From assembly GCA_963750495.1 (NCBI GenBank), contig CAVVQV010000017.1, positions 71,327 through 135,326 on the forward strand: a stretch of DNA of 64,000 bases. Direction: 5' to 3'. Numbering within the stretch: position 1 is the first letter of the stretch; each line of letters opens with the position of its first letter. Source of the DNA: an uncultured Actinomycetota bacterium. GTDB lineage: Bacteria; Actinomycetota; Actinomycetes; Propionibacteriales; Nocardioidaceae. The position numbers and the translations under genes were made by a program. Shown in pieces: positions 9,170 to 19,191 of this stretch. Under the pieces are notes generated by a model. It had not been told where the DNA came from. It searched no databases and saw only the letters and a program-made list of their open reading frames with translations.

Positions 9170-9808
9170 CGACAGCGCCTCGGTCAGGGCCCGCCACTCC
9201 TGCCGTCGCTGTGGTGGCCGCAGCTCGCCTGGCGCGCCCACGCCCTCGCTCGGAGGCGGTTGGAGCGGCTTGAGCCGGATCTCCACGCCGCCGAGCAGCG
9301 CCAAGGGGTCGAGGTACTGCTGGTCACGCCGTGCCCCGAGATGCAGGCACGTTGCCGGTAGGCAGTGCGACCCCACCTGGGTGAGACGCCCCAGTGCCTC
9401 CCCGACGTCGATGTGGTCGCCGGCGCGCACGCTTGGCACCACCGGCTGGTAGGTCGACCGGAGTTCGCCGTGACGGACGGCGACGACGCCGCGGCCACCG
9501 ACGTACCCCGCGAAGCTCACGGTGCCGTCGTCGACGGCGAGGACCGCCTCGCCGACCCGCCCGGTGAGATCGACGCCGCGGTGACCCGGGCCCCACGGGT
9601 CGGTCGGCGGCTCGAAACCACGCTCGACTGCCGGCGTGGGCTGCAGCGGCCACTGCCACGTACCGGCGCCCCCCTCGGTGGCTGCGCCTGCCATCAGCAG
9701 AGTCCAGCCGGCGGGAGCGAGCGTCAGCACCACGAGGAGAAGCGCCAGTGGCGCCGACGTCAGGAGGGTGAGCAGCAGGCGCTGTCCAGGTCGAATCGTG
9801 GAGGTCAT
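9017..9808 (-). CDS. M23 family metallopeptidase (membrane-anchored)
   Basis: N-terminal TM segment, HRGVDL metal-binding motif, GTVSFAG, and SHCLPATCLHLGARRDQQYLDP (HxH region). ATG at 9808 is in frame with the 9017-10075 ORF. The reading frame runs 153 nt into the 3-prime end of xerC on the other strand. Confidence 0.85.
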   Translation of the reverse strand: MTSTIRPGQRLLLTLLTSAPLALLLVVLTLAPAGWTLLMAGAATEGGAGTWQWPLQPTPAVERGFEPPTDPWGPGHRGVDLTGRVGEAVLAVDDGTVSFAGYVGGRGVVAVRHGELRSTYQPVVPSVRAGDHIDVGEALGRLTQVGSHCLPATCLHLGARRDQQYLDPLALLGGVEIRLKPLQPPPSEGVGAPGELRPPQRRQEWRALTEALSSGARVGLTVGRSQALRGDVRIDLGGGERRVSEQLLHGPEVRSPFEEVRGR

Positions 9809-10171
9809 CCGGCCAGCCTGAGGGGACGTGGTCGCGAGGGCGCGGGGCCCGCCCCGGCAGTGGACAGACGGCCCTGACCAGCCAGCCTGTGGAGCGGGTT
9901 TGCCGGTTCGATTAGCAGCCCGGATTCCACTACACTGACGGCAGCGACCCGTCCATGCGGGTCGACTTCGCACGCCCACCGACCGCAGCCAGCTGCGGGC
10001 GAGCGCCGTGGTCTCCTCCGGGAGTGGCGTTCGCGTGAGCGTCAGGGTTCCGTCCGGACCGCGTTCCTCGACCACGTCGGGTCACGGTGCAGGCGGGACG
10101 ACCAACCGAACCGCGGTGTCCAACACCGCACAGAGGTGCTCGCACGCGAGCACCAAGGAGGAATCTCGCAC

Positions 10172-11203
10172 ATGGCCGTCGTGACCATGCGCCAGCTGCT
10201 CGAGAGCGGCGTCCACTTCGGGCACCAGACCCGTCGTTGGAACCCGAAGATGAAGCGATTCATCATGACCGAGCGCAACGGCATCTACATCATCGACCTG
10301 CAGCAGTCGCTCGCCTACATCGACCGCGGGTACGCGTTCATCAAGAGCGCGGTGGCATCCGGCGGAAACGTCTTGTTCGTCGGCACCAAGAAGCAGGCGC
10401 AAGAGGCGATCTCCGAGCAGGCCAAGCGCGTCGGCATGCCGTTCGTCAACCAGCGCTGGCTCGGCGGCATGCTCACCAACTTCCAGACGGTTCACCAGCG
10501 TTTGCAGCGCCTCAAGGAGCTCGAGGAGATCAACTTCGACGATGTGGCTGGATCCAGCCGCACCAAGAAGGAGCTCCTCCAGATGAAGCGTGAGAAGGAC
10601 AAGCTCGACCGCACGCTCGGCGGCATCCGAGACATGGCCCGGGTTCCCGCGGCCGTCTGGATCGTCGACACCAACAAGGAACACCTCGCCGTCGACGAGG
10701 CCCGCAAGCTCGGTATCCCGATCGTCGCCATCCTCGACAGCAACTGCGACCCCGACGTCGTCGACTACCCGATTCCGGGCAACGACGACGCGATCCGGTC
10801 GGTGACGCTGCTGACGCGCGTGGTCGCTGATGCCGTGGCCGAGGGGCTCATGGCCCGCGCCGGTGTCAAGAGCGGTGCCGAGGTGACCGGTGAGGAGCTG
10901 GGCGCCGAGGAGCCGCTGGCCGAATGGGAGCGCGAGCTGCTCGGCGGTCAGGCCGACGAGTCAGCCGCGCAAGCCACCGGCGTCGACACCGCAACGACCG
11001 AGACGCCCGCTGCCGAGTCGACTGGCGCTGCGGTCGAGGCGTCCGAACAGCCGGCACCCGAAGCTGTGGACGCCGTTTCCGCATCGGCTGCCGAGACCGA
11101 GACCCCTGCCGCTGAGGCGCCTGCCGCTGAGGCGCCTGCCGCTGAGGCGCCTGCCGCTGAGGCGCCTGCCGCTGAGGCGGGCGACGACAGCACGACTGCC
11201 TGA
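10172..11203 (+). CDS. rpsB: 30S ribosomal protein S2 with a long acidic Ala/Glu/Pro C-terminal tail
   Basis: [30 protein letters not shown] 10172 lies 9 nt after AAGGAGGA. The tail contains (AEAPA)5. Confidence 0.97.
   Translation: MAVVTMRQLLESGVHFGHQTRRWNPKMKRFIMTERNGIYIIDLQQSLAYIDRGYAFIKSAVASGGNVLFVGTKKQAQEAISEQAKRVGMPFVNQRWLGGMLTNFQTVHQRLQRLKELEEINFDDVAGSSRTKKELLQMKREKDKLDRTLGGIRDMARVPAAVWIVDTNKEHLAVDEARKLGIPIVAILDSNCDPDVVDYPIPGNDDAIRSVTLLTRVVADAVAEGLMARAGVKSGAEVTGEELGAEEPLAEWERELLGGQADESAAQATGVDTATTETPAAESTGAAVEASEQPAPEAVDAVSASAAETETPAAEAPAAEAPAAEAPAAEAPAAEAGDDSTTA
11105..11179 (+). repeat. 15-bp tandem repeat (CCTGCCGCTGAGGCG) x5 in the rpsB 3-prime tail
   Basis: Five perfect units. 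In frame, it encodes (PAAEA)5. Confidence 0.97.
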
Positions 11204-11383
11204 TCCCTGGTCGGTGACCCGCCCACGGCTACACCGACCTGTTCAGCTCGCCCGACCACCGCGCGGAGGCCGGGCAGCTTCACAGCCAGCCGGACATCGA
11301 GGAGGTCGCCCCACGCGGGCGACCTCCTGGTCCAGACCACGATGAGTTCTCACGTTTGTGCACGGCGCAAGGAACGGATGAAG

Positions 11384-12199
11384 ATGGCTATCACCGCCGC
11401 AGATGTCAAGAAACTTCGCGACGCCACGGGCGCCGGGATGATGGATTCCAAGAAGGCTCTCGAAGAGGCTGAGGGCGACTTCGACAAGGCTGTCGAGGTG
11501 CTCCGCGTCAAGGGCGCCGCCAAGGCAGCGAAGCGGGGCGCCGAGCGCACCGCCTCGTCCGGCCTGGTCGCGAGCTCGGGCGGGTCGCTCGTCGAGCTCA
11601 ACTCCGAGACCGACTTCGTCGCCAAGTCTGACGGGTTCATCGCTCTTGCCGACGAGATCGTCGCCGCCGCCGAGAACTCCCAGGCCGCCGATGCCGCGAC
11701 CCTCAGCGCGGTCGCTCTTCCCAGTGGCAAGACCGTCGCGGAGGCCATCGAGGCCCTCGCCTCCGTCATCGGCGAGAAGATCGAGCTCGGCCGGGTTGCC
11801 TATTTCGACGGAAATGCGACCACCTACATGCATCGTCGTTCCAGCGACCTGCCGCCGGCTGTCGGCGTCATGGTGGCGTTCGATGGCGACAACGAGGACG
11901 CCGCCCGCGGGATCGCCATGCAGATCGCCGCGATGCGCCCGCAGTTCGTCTCCCGGGACGAGGTGCCGGCCGACGTCGTCGAGAAGGAGCGCATGATCGC
12001 TGAGGCGACGGCTCGCGAGGAGGGCAAGCCGGAGCAGGCGCTGCCCAAGATCATCGAGGGGCGTCTGAACGGCTTCTTCAAGGACGTCGTCCTGCTCGAC
12101 CAGCCGTCGGTGCAGGACAGCAAGAAGTCGGTCAAGGCTGTACTCGAGGACGCCGGAGTGACCGTGACCCGGTTCGCGCGCTTCGAAGTGGGCCAGTAG
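11384..12199 (+). CDS. tsf: translation elongation factor Ts
   Basis: [41 protein letters not shown] (UBA-like N-domain). The start is ATG 11384 or 11378, after GGAACGG. Confidence 0.96.
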   Translation: MAITAADVKKLRDATGAGMMDSKKALEEAEGDFDKAVEVLRVKGAAKAAKRGAERTASSGLVASSGGSLVELNSETDFVAKSDGFIALADEIVAAAENSQAADAATLSAVALPSGKTVAEAIEALASVIGEKIELGRVAYFDGNATTYMHRRSSDLPPAVGVMVAFDGDNEDAARGIAMQIAAMRPQFVSRDEVPADVVEKERMIAEATAREEGKPEQALPKIIEGRLNGFFKDVVLLDQPSVQDSKKSVKAVLEDAGVTVTRFARFEVGQ

Positions 12200-12245
12200 G
12201 TTCTGACCAACCGCCCAGATCGTCGACCGCCCAGGAGGCCGGATC

Positions 12246-13037
12246 GTGGAACCGACTGACCCCGTCAGTGCAGGGGGCACAGGAGACCCAGGAGCCGAGC
12301 CGGTCTCGCCGTCCGGCCACCAGGCCACGCCGTACCGACGGGTGCTGCTGAAGCTCTCCGGTGAGGTCTTCGGCGGGGGCCAGGTGGGTGTCGACCCTGA
12401 CGTCGTGCACACCGTCGCGAAGGAGATCGCGAGTGCCGCACGTGAGGGTGTGCAGATCGCCATCGTGCTCGGCGGTGGCAACTTCTTCCGCGGCGCCGAG
12501 CTCCAGCAGCGAGGGATGGAACGTGCCCGTGCTGACTACATGGGGATGCTCGGCATCGTGATGAACTGTCTCGCGCTGCAGGACTTCCTCGAGAAGCAAG
12601 GGATCGAGACGCGGGTGCAGACCGCGATCACGATGGGCCAGGTCGCAGAGCCCTACATCCCCCGGCGTGCCATCCGGCACCTCGAGAAGGGCCGCGTCGT
12701 GATCTTCGGCGCCGGTGCGGGCATGCCGTTCTTCTCGACCGACACCGTTGCGGTCCAGCGAGCGCTGGAAACCAAGTGCGAAGTCGTGCTGATGGGCAAG
12801 AACGGCGTCGACGGCGTCTACACCGCAGATCCACGTAAGGACCCGTCCGCCACCAAGATCGACCGGCTGACGTACTCCGACGCCCTGCAGCAGGGCCTGC
12901 GGGTGGCCGATGCCACGGCGTTCGCGCTGTGCATGGAGAACAAGCTCCCGATGGTCGTGTTCGGCATGGCGGGTGACGGCGCGATCGCGCGGGCCGTCCT
13001 AGGTGAGAAGATCGGCACGTACGTCGGCTCGGACTGA
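12246..13037 (+). CDS. pyrH: UMP kinase
   Basis: [15 protein letters not shown] and GGGNFFRG motifs, and tsf-pyrH-frr synteny. Confidence 0.96.
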   Translation: MEPTDPVSAGGTGDPGAEPVSPSGHQATPYRRVLLKLSGEVFGGGQVGVDPDVVHTVAKEIASAAREGVQIAIVLGGGNFFRGAELQQRGMERARADYMGMLGIVMNCLALQDFLEKQGIETRVQTAITMGQVAEPYIPRRAIRHLEKGRVVIFGAGAGMPFFSTDTVAVQRALETKCEVVLMGKNGVDGVYTADPRKDPSATKIDRLTYSDALQQGLRVADATAFALCMENKLPMVVFGMAGDGAIARAVLGEKIGTYVGSD

Positions 13038-13102
13038 CAGCCGGCCGTACCCACGACGGCGGTGGTGCGCAGCCACGACCGCGATGACGAAGGAGCTCAG
13101 GC

Positions 13103-13660
13103 GTGATTGACCAGACCTTGCGCGAGGCCGACCAGAAGATGACCAAGGCGGTCGAGGTGGCCAAGGACGACTTCGCCTCGATCCGGACCGGGCGCGCCCA
13201 CCCGGCCATGTTCAACAAGCTGACGGCCGACTACTACGGCACGCCGACCCCGATCCAGCAGCTGGCGTCGTTCAGCAACCCAGAGCCACGGGTCGTGACC
13301 ATCAACGCGTACGACAAGCAGGCGCTCGCCGCTATCGAGAAGGCCATTCGCGACTCCGACCTCGGCGTCAACCCGACCAACACGGGTGACAACCTCCGTG
13401 TCAGCATGCCGGAGCTCACCGAGGAACGACGCAAGGAGTACATCAAGCTCGCCAAGGCGAAGGCCGAGGATGGCCGGGTCTCGGTCCGCAACATTCGGCG
13501 CCATGCCAAGCAGACCCTCGAGCGCGGGCAGAAGGACGGCGAGGTCAGCGAGGACGAGGTCAGCGGCGCCGAGAAGCGACTGGACGGCATGACCAAGAAG
13601 CACGTCGACGAGATCGACGAGCTGCTCAAGCACAAGGAAGCAGAGCTGCTCGAGGTCTGA
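13103..13660 (+). CDS. frr: ribosome recycling factor
   Basis: 185 aa. Contains [14 protein letters not shown] and [18 protein letters not shown]. Confidence 0.97.
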   Translation: MIDQTLREADQKMTKAVEVAKDDFASIRTGRAHPAMFNKLTADYYGTPTPIQQLASFSNPEPRVVTINAYDKQALAAIEKAIRDSDLGVNPTNTGDNLRVSMPELTEERRKEYIKLAKAKAEDGRVSVRNIRRHAKQTLERGQKDGEVSEDEVSGAEKRLDGMTKKHVDEIDELLKHKEAELLEV

Positions 13661-13680
13661 CCCCAGACCTCTCCGAGCAC

Positions 13681-14526
13681 ATGCAGACCTTGTCCACCGA
13701 CACGACACCGCCAAAGAGCCGAGCCGGGCGCGACCTCCCGGCGTCGATCGCGGTCTCGATCGCGCTCGTCGCCCTGATCGTGGTCTCCCTCGCCTTCTTC
13801 AAGGACCTGTTCCTCGTCGTGGTGGTGGGGGCCGTCCTCGTCGCGCTGTGGGAGTTCGGCCGGGCGCTGGCTCGCAACGGCACCTGGATGCCCACGATCC
13901 CCTTGTGGATCGGTGCCGTCGGCATGATCGTGGGCGCCTACTACGGGGGGCCGGACGTCCTCGTGGTGGCACTGGCCGCGACCTCCCTCATCTGCATCCT
14001 GTGGCGGATGACCCGCGGTCAGGAGGGCTTCGTCCGCGACGTCACCGCCACGATCTTCTGCTTGGTCTACGTCCCGTTCCTGGCGTCGTTCGTGGCGCTG
14101 CTGCTCGCCCCGGACGACGGCGTCCGGCGGGTGTTGACCTTCATCGCCGTCACCGCCGCCTCCGACATCGGGGGGTACGCCGTGGGGGTCCTCTTCGGTC
14201 GCCACCCGATGTCGCCCAGGATCAGTCCGAAGAAGTCGTGGGAGGGTCTCGCGGGGTCGACTGTCGCCTGTATCGGCGCCGGCGTGGCCTCGATGGTGTG
14301 GCTGGTCGACGGTGACTGGTGGGTCGGCGTGGTGCTCGGCCTGGTCGTCGCTGTGGCCGCAACGCTGGGAGACCTGGCCGAGTCACTGATCAAGCGCGAT
14401 CTCGGCATCAAGGACATGAGCAACGTGCTGCCTGGTCACGGCGGGATCATGGACCGCCTTGATTCGCTCCTGGCCACGGTCTCGGTCGTCTGGCTCGTGC
14501 TGCACTTCCTGCTGACCGCCGTCTGA
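13681..14526 (+). CDS. cdsA: phosphatidate cytidylyltransferase
   Basis: Multi-TM protein with the C-terminal signature SLIKRDLGIKDMSNVLPGHGGIMDRLDS. Confidence 0.95.
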   Translation: MQTLSTDTTPPKSRAGRDLPASIAVSIALVALIVVSLAFFKDLFLVVVVGAVLVALWEFGRALARNGTWMPTIPLWIGAVGMIVGAYYGGPDVLVVALAATSLICILWRMTRGQEGFVRDVTATIFCLVYVPFLASFVALLLAPDDGVRRVLTFIAVTAASDIGGYAVGVLFGRHPMSPRISPKKSWEGLAGSTVACIGAGVASMVWLVDGDWWVGVVLGLVVAVAATLGDLAESLIKRDLGIKDMSNVLPGHGGIMDRLDSLLATVSVVWLVLHFLLTAV

Positions 14527-14533
14527 GAGCTCG

Positions 14534-15226
14534 TCAGCCCCGAGGTACCGGCCGTGGGTTGCTGGCGATCACGACGGTGTTGCTGAGGTAGATCTGACCG
14601 TTGTAGTCGGCGCACGTGACGATCGCGAGTCGCTCCGGCCCGGTCTGGTCGAAGACCCGGCCGGCCTTGGACGCGAGCAGACCCTTCCGGTAGGTCCTGA
14701 CCGACGTGATCGTGTAGCGAAGGTTCTGCCGGCTCCGCTGCAGAGTCACCCGGTCCCCGACGTGGACTGCGGCGAGGTTGTCCAGCGCCCCGCCGCCGGT
14801 ATGCACCGTGTGTCCGGTGATGATCGTTGTGCCGTAGCCGTCACCGGGTCGCGCACCGGCCGCCCACCAGCCGACGGTCGTGTAGTCCGACGGCGGTGTC
14901 AGGATCAGCGAACCGTCGGTGCCGATCGGTGACACCGCCGCTCCGACGCCGATGCTCGGGAGCACGAGGCGCTGCGGTGGGGTGTGCAACAGGCGCGGTT
15001 GCCGCTGGGGCTTGGAGCTGTCGGCTCGGTGGTGCTTCTTCGCCATGTGCGGTGAAGGGCCGGGCCGTCCAGGAAGGTGCTTCTGGGCGGCACCGATCTT
15101 CGGATCGGGCTTGGCATCGGCGATGCTCGCCGATCCGTCATGCCAGGTGATGGCAGACAGACCGGCGAGCGCCAGACCGACAAGTACTACGAGCGGGGCG
15201 TAGACCCTACGCCTCATGCTGTCCAC
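14534..15226 (-). CDS. sortase family transpeptidase (actinobacterial class E/F-like)
   Basis: N-terminal TM anchor, conserved His (TIITGHTVH) and a Cys active site in LAIVTCAD (TLxTC type). It overlaps the stop of the upstream surface-protein gene by 20 nt. Confidence 0.85.
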   Translation of the reverse strand: MDSMRRRVYAPLVVLVGLALAGLSAITWHDGSASIADAKPDPKIGAAQKHLPGRPGPSPHMAKKHHRADSSKPQRQPRLLHTPPQRLVLPSIGVGAAVSPIGTDGSLILTPPSDYTTVGWWAAGARPGDGYGTTIITGHTVHTGGGALDNLAAVHVGDRVTLQRSRQNLRYTITSVRTYRKGLLASKAGRVFDQTGPERLAIVTCADYNGQIYLSNTVVIASNPRPVPRG

Positions 15227-15884
15227 GACGGCGCATCAGCGCGAACGCTCCGCTCGCCGCGATGGCCAGGCCACCGAGGATGCCGAGCGCTGACAGGACG
15301 TGCGAGGAGGAGCCGCCGCTCGCCGGGGGACCGCTGATCCCGGCCTCGACGGCGGTGGGAACCGGCCGGGTGCTCTCGGTCGGCAGCACGTTCGTGGTCG
15401 TTGTGCGGGTCGACTCAGAAGGCAGCACCGGGGTGGTCTCTGTCGTCTGCGTCGTCGTCGGGGCCGTGGTGGGCACGGTCGTCGGGTGCGTCTCGTTCGT
15501 GTCGCAGCTCACGATGCCGACAGCAGCCTCGAAGAGCTGCTGGGGAGCCATGTACGTGACAAAGACGTCGCTCGACGCTGTGACACCGGCACCGGGTGAG
15601 GTGAAGGACCACGTGAAGTCGCCGGTCTGCACTCCGGGCTGGGTGACACCGTTGACGCTCAAGGTGGCGCTGCTGGCCATGGTCGGGCCGGCCAGGTTGA
15701 ACTCCCACGTCAGGATGCCGTCCTCGCAGGGCAGGAACTCAGCTCCTGCTCCGCCCCAGGCCTGCGTGTAGCTGGAGTCGTCGAGGGCCGCGGGGGCTGT
15801 GTTCGCGGAAGCCTGAGACAGTGCGCCGAAGCCGGCGATGACGATCGCGACGGCTGCGGCGAGGAAGTACACCATGCGTTTCAT
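15207..15884 (-). CDS. secreted Thr/Pro-stalk surface protein with a C-terminal hydrophobic helix and RRR tail (putative sortase substrate)
   Basis: Signal peptide MKRMVYFLAAAVAIVIAGFGALSQASA, a ~110-aa globular part with 2 Cys, a TTxPT stalk, then VLSALGILGGLAIAASGAFALMRRRGQHEA. No canonical LPXTG motif. Confidence 0.75.
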   Translation of the reverse strand: MKRMVYFLAAAVAIVIAGFGALSQASANTAPAALDDSSYTQAWGGAGAEFLPCEDGILTWEFNLAGPTMASSATLSVNGVTQPGVQTGDFTWSFTSPGAGVTASSDVFVTYMAPQQLFEAAVGIVSCDTNETHPTTVPTTAPTTTQTTETTPVLPSESTRTTTTNVLPTESTRPVPTAVEAGISGPPASGGSSSHVLSALGILGGLAIAASGAFALMRRRGQHEA

Positions 15885-16282
15885 CTGACATCCCCCAAAA
15901 AGGACCGAGAACGGTTCGTGGATACGACCACGAATGAGTGAGAGCGCCTAGCGTACGGGACGTCATGGCAGGTGACACCGGGGTATTCCAGGAAATCATC
16001 CTTTCTCATACACACGGTGATTGTGTCGTCACGCAAACGGGGATATGGATGACATCGGCCGCGTCCTGGCCGTGGTCCGATGGGCCTCAGGCACCTACGA
16101 GGGAAGGGGATCCGGCTGGTTCGGGCGTCCGGCTCCGCCGCCCGACAGGCCGTCCTGAAGGCCCCACGTCAGACCAACCGTGCTCTATTTAACGGACTGT
16201 TGCGACGCATTTACCCTAGGTAATATTCTTCAATTCAACACACTGTGACCGCGCAATAACTAAAGGTGAAATAAATGCGGGG

Positions 16283-17047
16283 TCACGCGTCGGACGAGGC
16301 GGCGTCGAACGAGTCGAGACCCAGGTCGAACCGAGCCAGCCCGCCCTGCTCCAGGGCGGCCTCGACCCCACGTGGCAGTGGTCCGTCCCCGACCAGCCCC
16401 AGCGTCGTCCGGGTGGCGAAGTCACGCCACAGCCCACTGCGGTCGAGGAGTGCGTGCTTGGCCCCTGGCAGCTCGAAGCGCGCCACCGTCTGGCCCGCAC
16501 GTCGCAGGCGTTCGGCGTACTCCCGGCTCAACGGCGACGAGGTCATCCGGTCCGAGGTGCCGTGGGCGATGACGAACCGTTGGTCGTCGCGGAAGGGTGG
16601 CACGGGCTCGTCCGCGGGAAGCCAGGGTGCCAGCCCGCACACCCCGACGACGGCCGGGTGGTCTGCGGCGGCGAACGCGGCGCGTGCGCCCATCGAGTGG
16701 CCGAGCATGGCGATCGGCAGTCGTGGGTGCAGCGCCGTGAGCTGGTCGAGCGCCCACTGGGTGTCGACGACCGGGTCGGGCACGCCGGGACCCGGGTTCC
16801 ACCCGCGCAGCCGGTAGCGCAGCAGATAGACGGCGCAGCCGACGGAACGCCGGCGCAGGGCCCATGCGAAGTCGAACATCCGCAGATAGGACAGCTGCAG
16901 GGGAGAGGTGGGCACCTCGCCCCACTCACGACCACCGTGGAGGATCAGCGCCACCGACGTGGTCTCGTGGCCCCGGGCGGGGCCGCCACGGAGCGTGGGA
17001 TGGGCGGGTGCGTGGCGCATGGCGTCCATCATGACGGACGCTGCCAA
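16283..17047 (-). CDS. alpha/beta hydrolase
   Basis: ALILHGG oxyanion region, nucleophile elbow GHSMGA, and late Asp/His (HGTSD..., AKHALL). Confidence 0.8.
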   Translation of the reverse strand: MAASVMMDAMRHAPAHPTLRGGPARGHETTSVALILHGGREWGEVPTSPLQLSYLRMFDFAWALRRRSVGCAVYLLRYRLRGWNPGPGVPDPVVDTQWALDQLTALHPRLPIAMLGHSMGARAAFAAADHPAVVGVCGLAPWLPADEPVPPFRDDQRFVIAHGTSDRMTSSPLSREYAERLRRAGQTVARFELPGAKHALLDRSGLWRDFATRTTLGLVGDGPLPRGVEAALEQGGLARFDLGLDSFDAASSDA

Positions 17048-17106
17048 ATGGCCCCGCCTCGCCTCGCCCCGTTGCTGACTGACCTGGCGTTCCCTAGGGT
17101 CCCTTC

Positions 17107-18216
17107 ATGACCCCACGCACTCACGCCCGTCGACGCCGGGCCCTTGCTGTCACGTTCACGGCCGTTGCACTGGCGGCTGCCTCCACGTTGCCGGCCGCGG
17201 CAGCACCTGCCGCCGGCACGCACCGTGCCACGGCCTCGTCCTATGCCTGGCACATCACTCCCACTGGTAGCTCAGATGAGTTCCGTGGGCTGTCCGTGGT
17301 CAACGCCAGGACGGTCTGGGTGAGCGGCGAGGCCGGCACCGTGCTGCGCACGACCGACGGGGGCGCGACGTGGCAGGACGTCTCGCCGCCCGCGGCTACC
17401 GGGATGGCGTTGCGCGATATCGAGGCGTTCTCCCGCAACCGCGCCGTCGCGCTCGCCATCGGAACCGGACAGGACTCACGGATCTACGCCACCCGTAACG
17501 GCGGGCGCACCTGGACCGAGACCTTCCGCAACCCAGATCCCGACGCCTTCTACGACTGTATGGCGTTCTCACCCGACGGGTCGGGCCTGGCGATGAGCGA
17601 CCCGGTCGGTGGCTACTTCCAGCTTGCTCGCACCACTGACCGAGGGCGGAGCTGGCACGTGTTCACACCGGCCTCCATGCCGGTGGCCCTCGACGGCGAG
17701 TTCGGGTTCGCCGCCAGCGGGACGTGCATCGTGTCCCAGCCGGGCCACCGCTACTGGTTCGCCAGTGGGGGCGTCGCCGAGCCCCGCGTGTTCCGGTCGA
17801 AGGATGGCGGGGAGCACTGGACGGTCACGAGTGCACCCATGCGTGGTGGGCCCAGCGCAGGCATCTTCTCGCTCGCGTTCCGCTCTGCGCACGAAGGGGT
17901 CGCGGTCGGAGGCGACTACCTGGACGACGCCAACGGGGCCGATGCTGCCGCGACCACCCGAAGCGGCGGCCGCAGCTGGCAGGCGTCCGGTCCGCTGGGC
18001 GGGTACCGCTCCGGCGTCTCCTACATCCCGGGCGCACCCCGCACAGTGGTCGCCGTCGGCCCGACCGGCAGTGACGTGAGCACCGACGGGGGTCACACCT
18101 GGACGACGTTCGACGGCGATCGGTACGACGGCATCCAGTGCCGGCCGCGCGCCTGCTGGGCGTCGGGCACCGACGGACGCGTGGCCGTGCTGGACCGGAG
18201 CGGCGGCACCACGTGA
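17107..18216 (+). CDS. secreted BNR/Asp-box repeat beta-propeller protein (Ycf48/sialidase-like fold)
   Basis: RRRR-containing signal peptide and six Asp-box-like motifs (TDGGATW, NGGRTW, TDRGRSW, KDGGEHW, RSGGRSW, TDGGHTW). Confidence 0.8.
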   Translation: MTPRTHARRRRALAVTFTAVALAAASTLPAAAAPAAGTHRATASSYAWHITPTGSSDEFRGLSVVNARTVWVSGEAGTVLRTTDGGATWQDVSPPAATGMALRDIEAFSRNRAVALAIGTGQDSRIYATRNGGRTWTETFRNPDPDAFYDCMAFSPDGSGLAMSDPVGGYFQLARTTDRGRSWHVFTPASMPVALDGEFGFAASGTCIVSQPGHRYWFASGGVAEPRVFRSKDGGEHWTVTSAPMRGGPSAGIFSLAFRSAHEGVAVGGDYLDDANGADAAATTRSGGRSWQASGPLGGYRSGVSYIPGAPRTVVAVGPTGSDVSTDGGHTWTTFDGDRYDGIQCRPRACWASGTDGRVAVLDRSGGTT

Positions 18217-18253
18217 CACCCACGTGCGCACGTGACCCACGTGAGCTGCGTCG

Positions 18254-19156
18254 TCAGCCGGAGCGCTGGCGGACCGCTTCGTAGACCACGATCGCGGCCG
18301 ACGTCGCGACGTTGAGGCTGTTGACCCGTCCCACCATGGGGAGCCGGACCGCGGTCGCGTCGGGACCGATCCGTTGCGGGTCGAACCACAACGCGCTGAT
18401 CCCGTCGTGCTCGGCACCGACCACGATGGCGGTCGACGAGGTCAGGTCGGCATCGGTCACCAGGACGTCGGTGTCGGGCGTTGCGACGACGATGCGAATC
18501 CCGTGGCGTCGCAGCCAGCCCACCACCTCCTCGGCGCTGGCGGCAGCGACCGGCACCGCGAACAGGGTGCCCTTGCTGGCTCGTACGACATTCGGGTTGC
18601 CCCAATCGGTCACCGGCGACGCCGAGATGACGGCATCGACACCGGCGGCCTCGGCGGTCCGGAGCATCGCGCCGAGATTGCCGGGCTTCTCCACCGCCTC
18701 GCAGACGAGCAACATCGGCCGGCGGCCCGCGTCGATCGCCGCGTCCAGCACGGGTTCGAGATCCTCCAGGCTCCGCGCGGGGTCCGGCACGACGGCCAGC
18801 CAGCCGTCCGGCGACTCGCGGTACGACGCCTTCGCGAACGCCGCCACGCCCATGGTGACGACCTCGGCTCCGAGCGAACGAACCCGGTCGACGATCGCCG
18901 GCGCATCCTCGCCGAGCAGGTCAGGACACATGGCCAGCAGCTGCGGACGTACTCCCGCTTCGAGAGCCAGGACGAGCTCGTCGTGGCCCTCGACCACGGT
19001 GACCTGCTCGTCATCGCGCACCCGACGCCTGCGCAGCGACAGGAGCCACTTGACGCGAGGATTGGCCGGGCTCGTGATCTCGCCCTCCTGCCGGCTTCGG
19101 TCCTGCCGACCGGGCACGTCGTCCTGGGTCACGTGCACGACCCTAGTCGCGAGCAC
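18254..19156 (-). CDS. TrmH/SpoU family RNA 2-prime-O-methyltransferase
   Basis: SPOUT motifs NLGAMLRTAEAAG, IVVGAEHDGIS and SLNVATSAAIVVYE. The exact start is uncertain. Confidence 0.85.
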   Translation of the reverse strand: MLATRVVHVTQDDVPGRQDRSRQEGEITSPANPRVKWLLSLRRRRVRDDEQVTVVEGHDELVLALEAGVRPQLLAMCPDLLGEDAPAIVDRVRSLGAEVVTMGVAAFAKASYRESPDGWLAVVPDPARSLEDLEPVLDAAIDAGRRPMLLVCEAVEKPGNLGAMLRTAEAAGVDAVISASPVTDWGNPNVVRASKGTLFAVPVAAASAEEVVGWLRRHGIRIVVATPDTDVLVTDADLTSSTAIVVGAEHDGISALWFDPQRIGPDATAVRLPMVGRVNSLNVATSAAIVVYEAVRQRSG

Positions 19157-19191
19157 TCCTGCGACCTCGGCGTCTGGTTAGGGTTCGACGA

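Noticed and set aside
9809-10100. ydaO/c-di-AMP riboswitch upstream of the M23 peptidase (minus strand). GAAUCCGGGCUGCUAAUCGAACC resembles CCGAAUCCG.CAGCUAACCUCGUAAGC.
   Set aside because: Only about half of the hallmark 3-prime block matches. The GGGGUGAAUC and ACGGGGA blocks are absent. The evidence is insufficient without a covariance-model search.
15938-16192. An 84-aa ORF in the sortase-operon upstream region.
   Set aside because: It has no recognisable domain and no SD. Its composition is atypical, and it spans a region better explained as promoter or AT-rich spacer.
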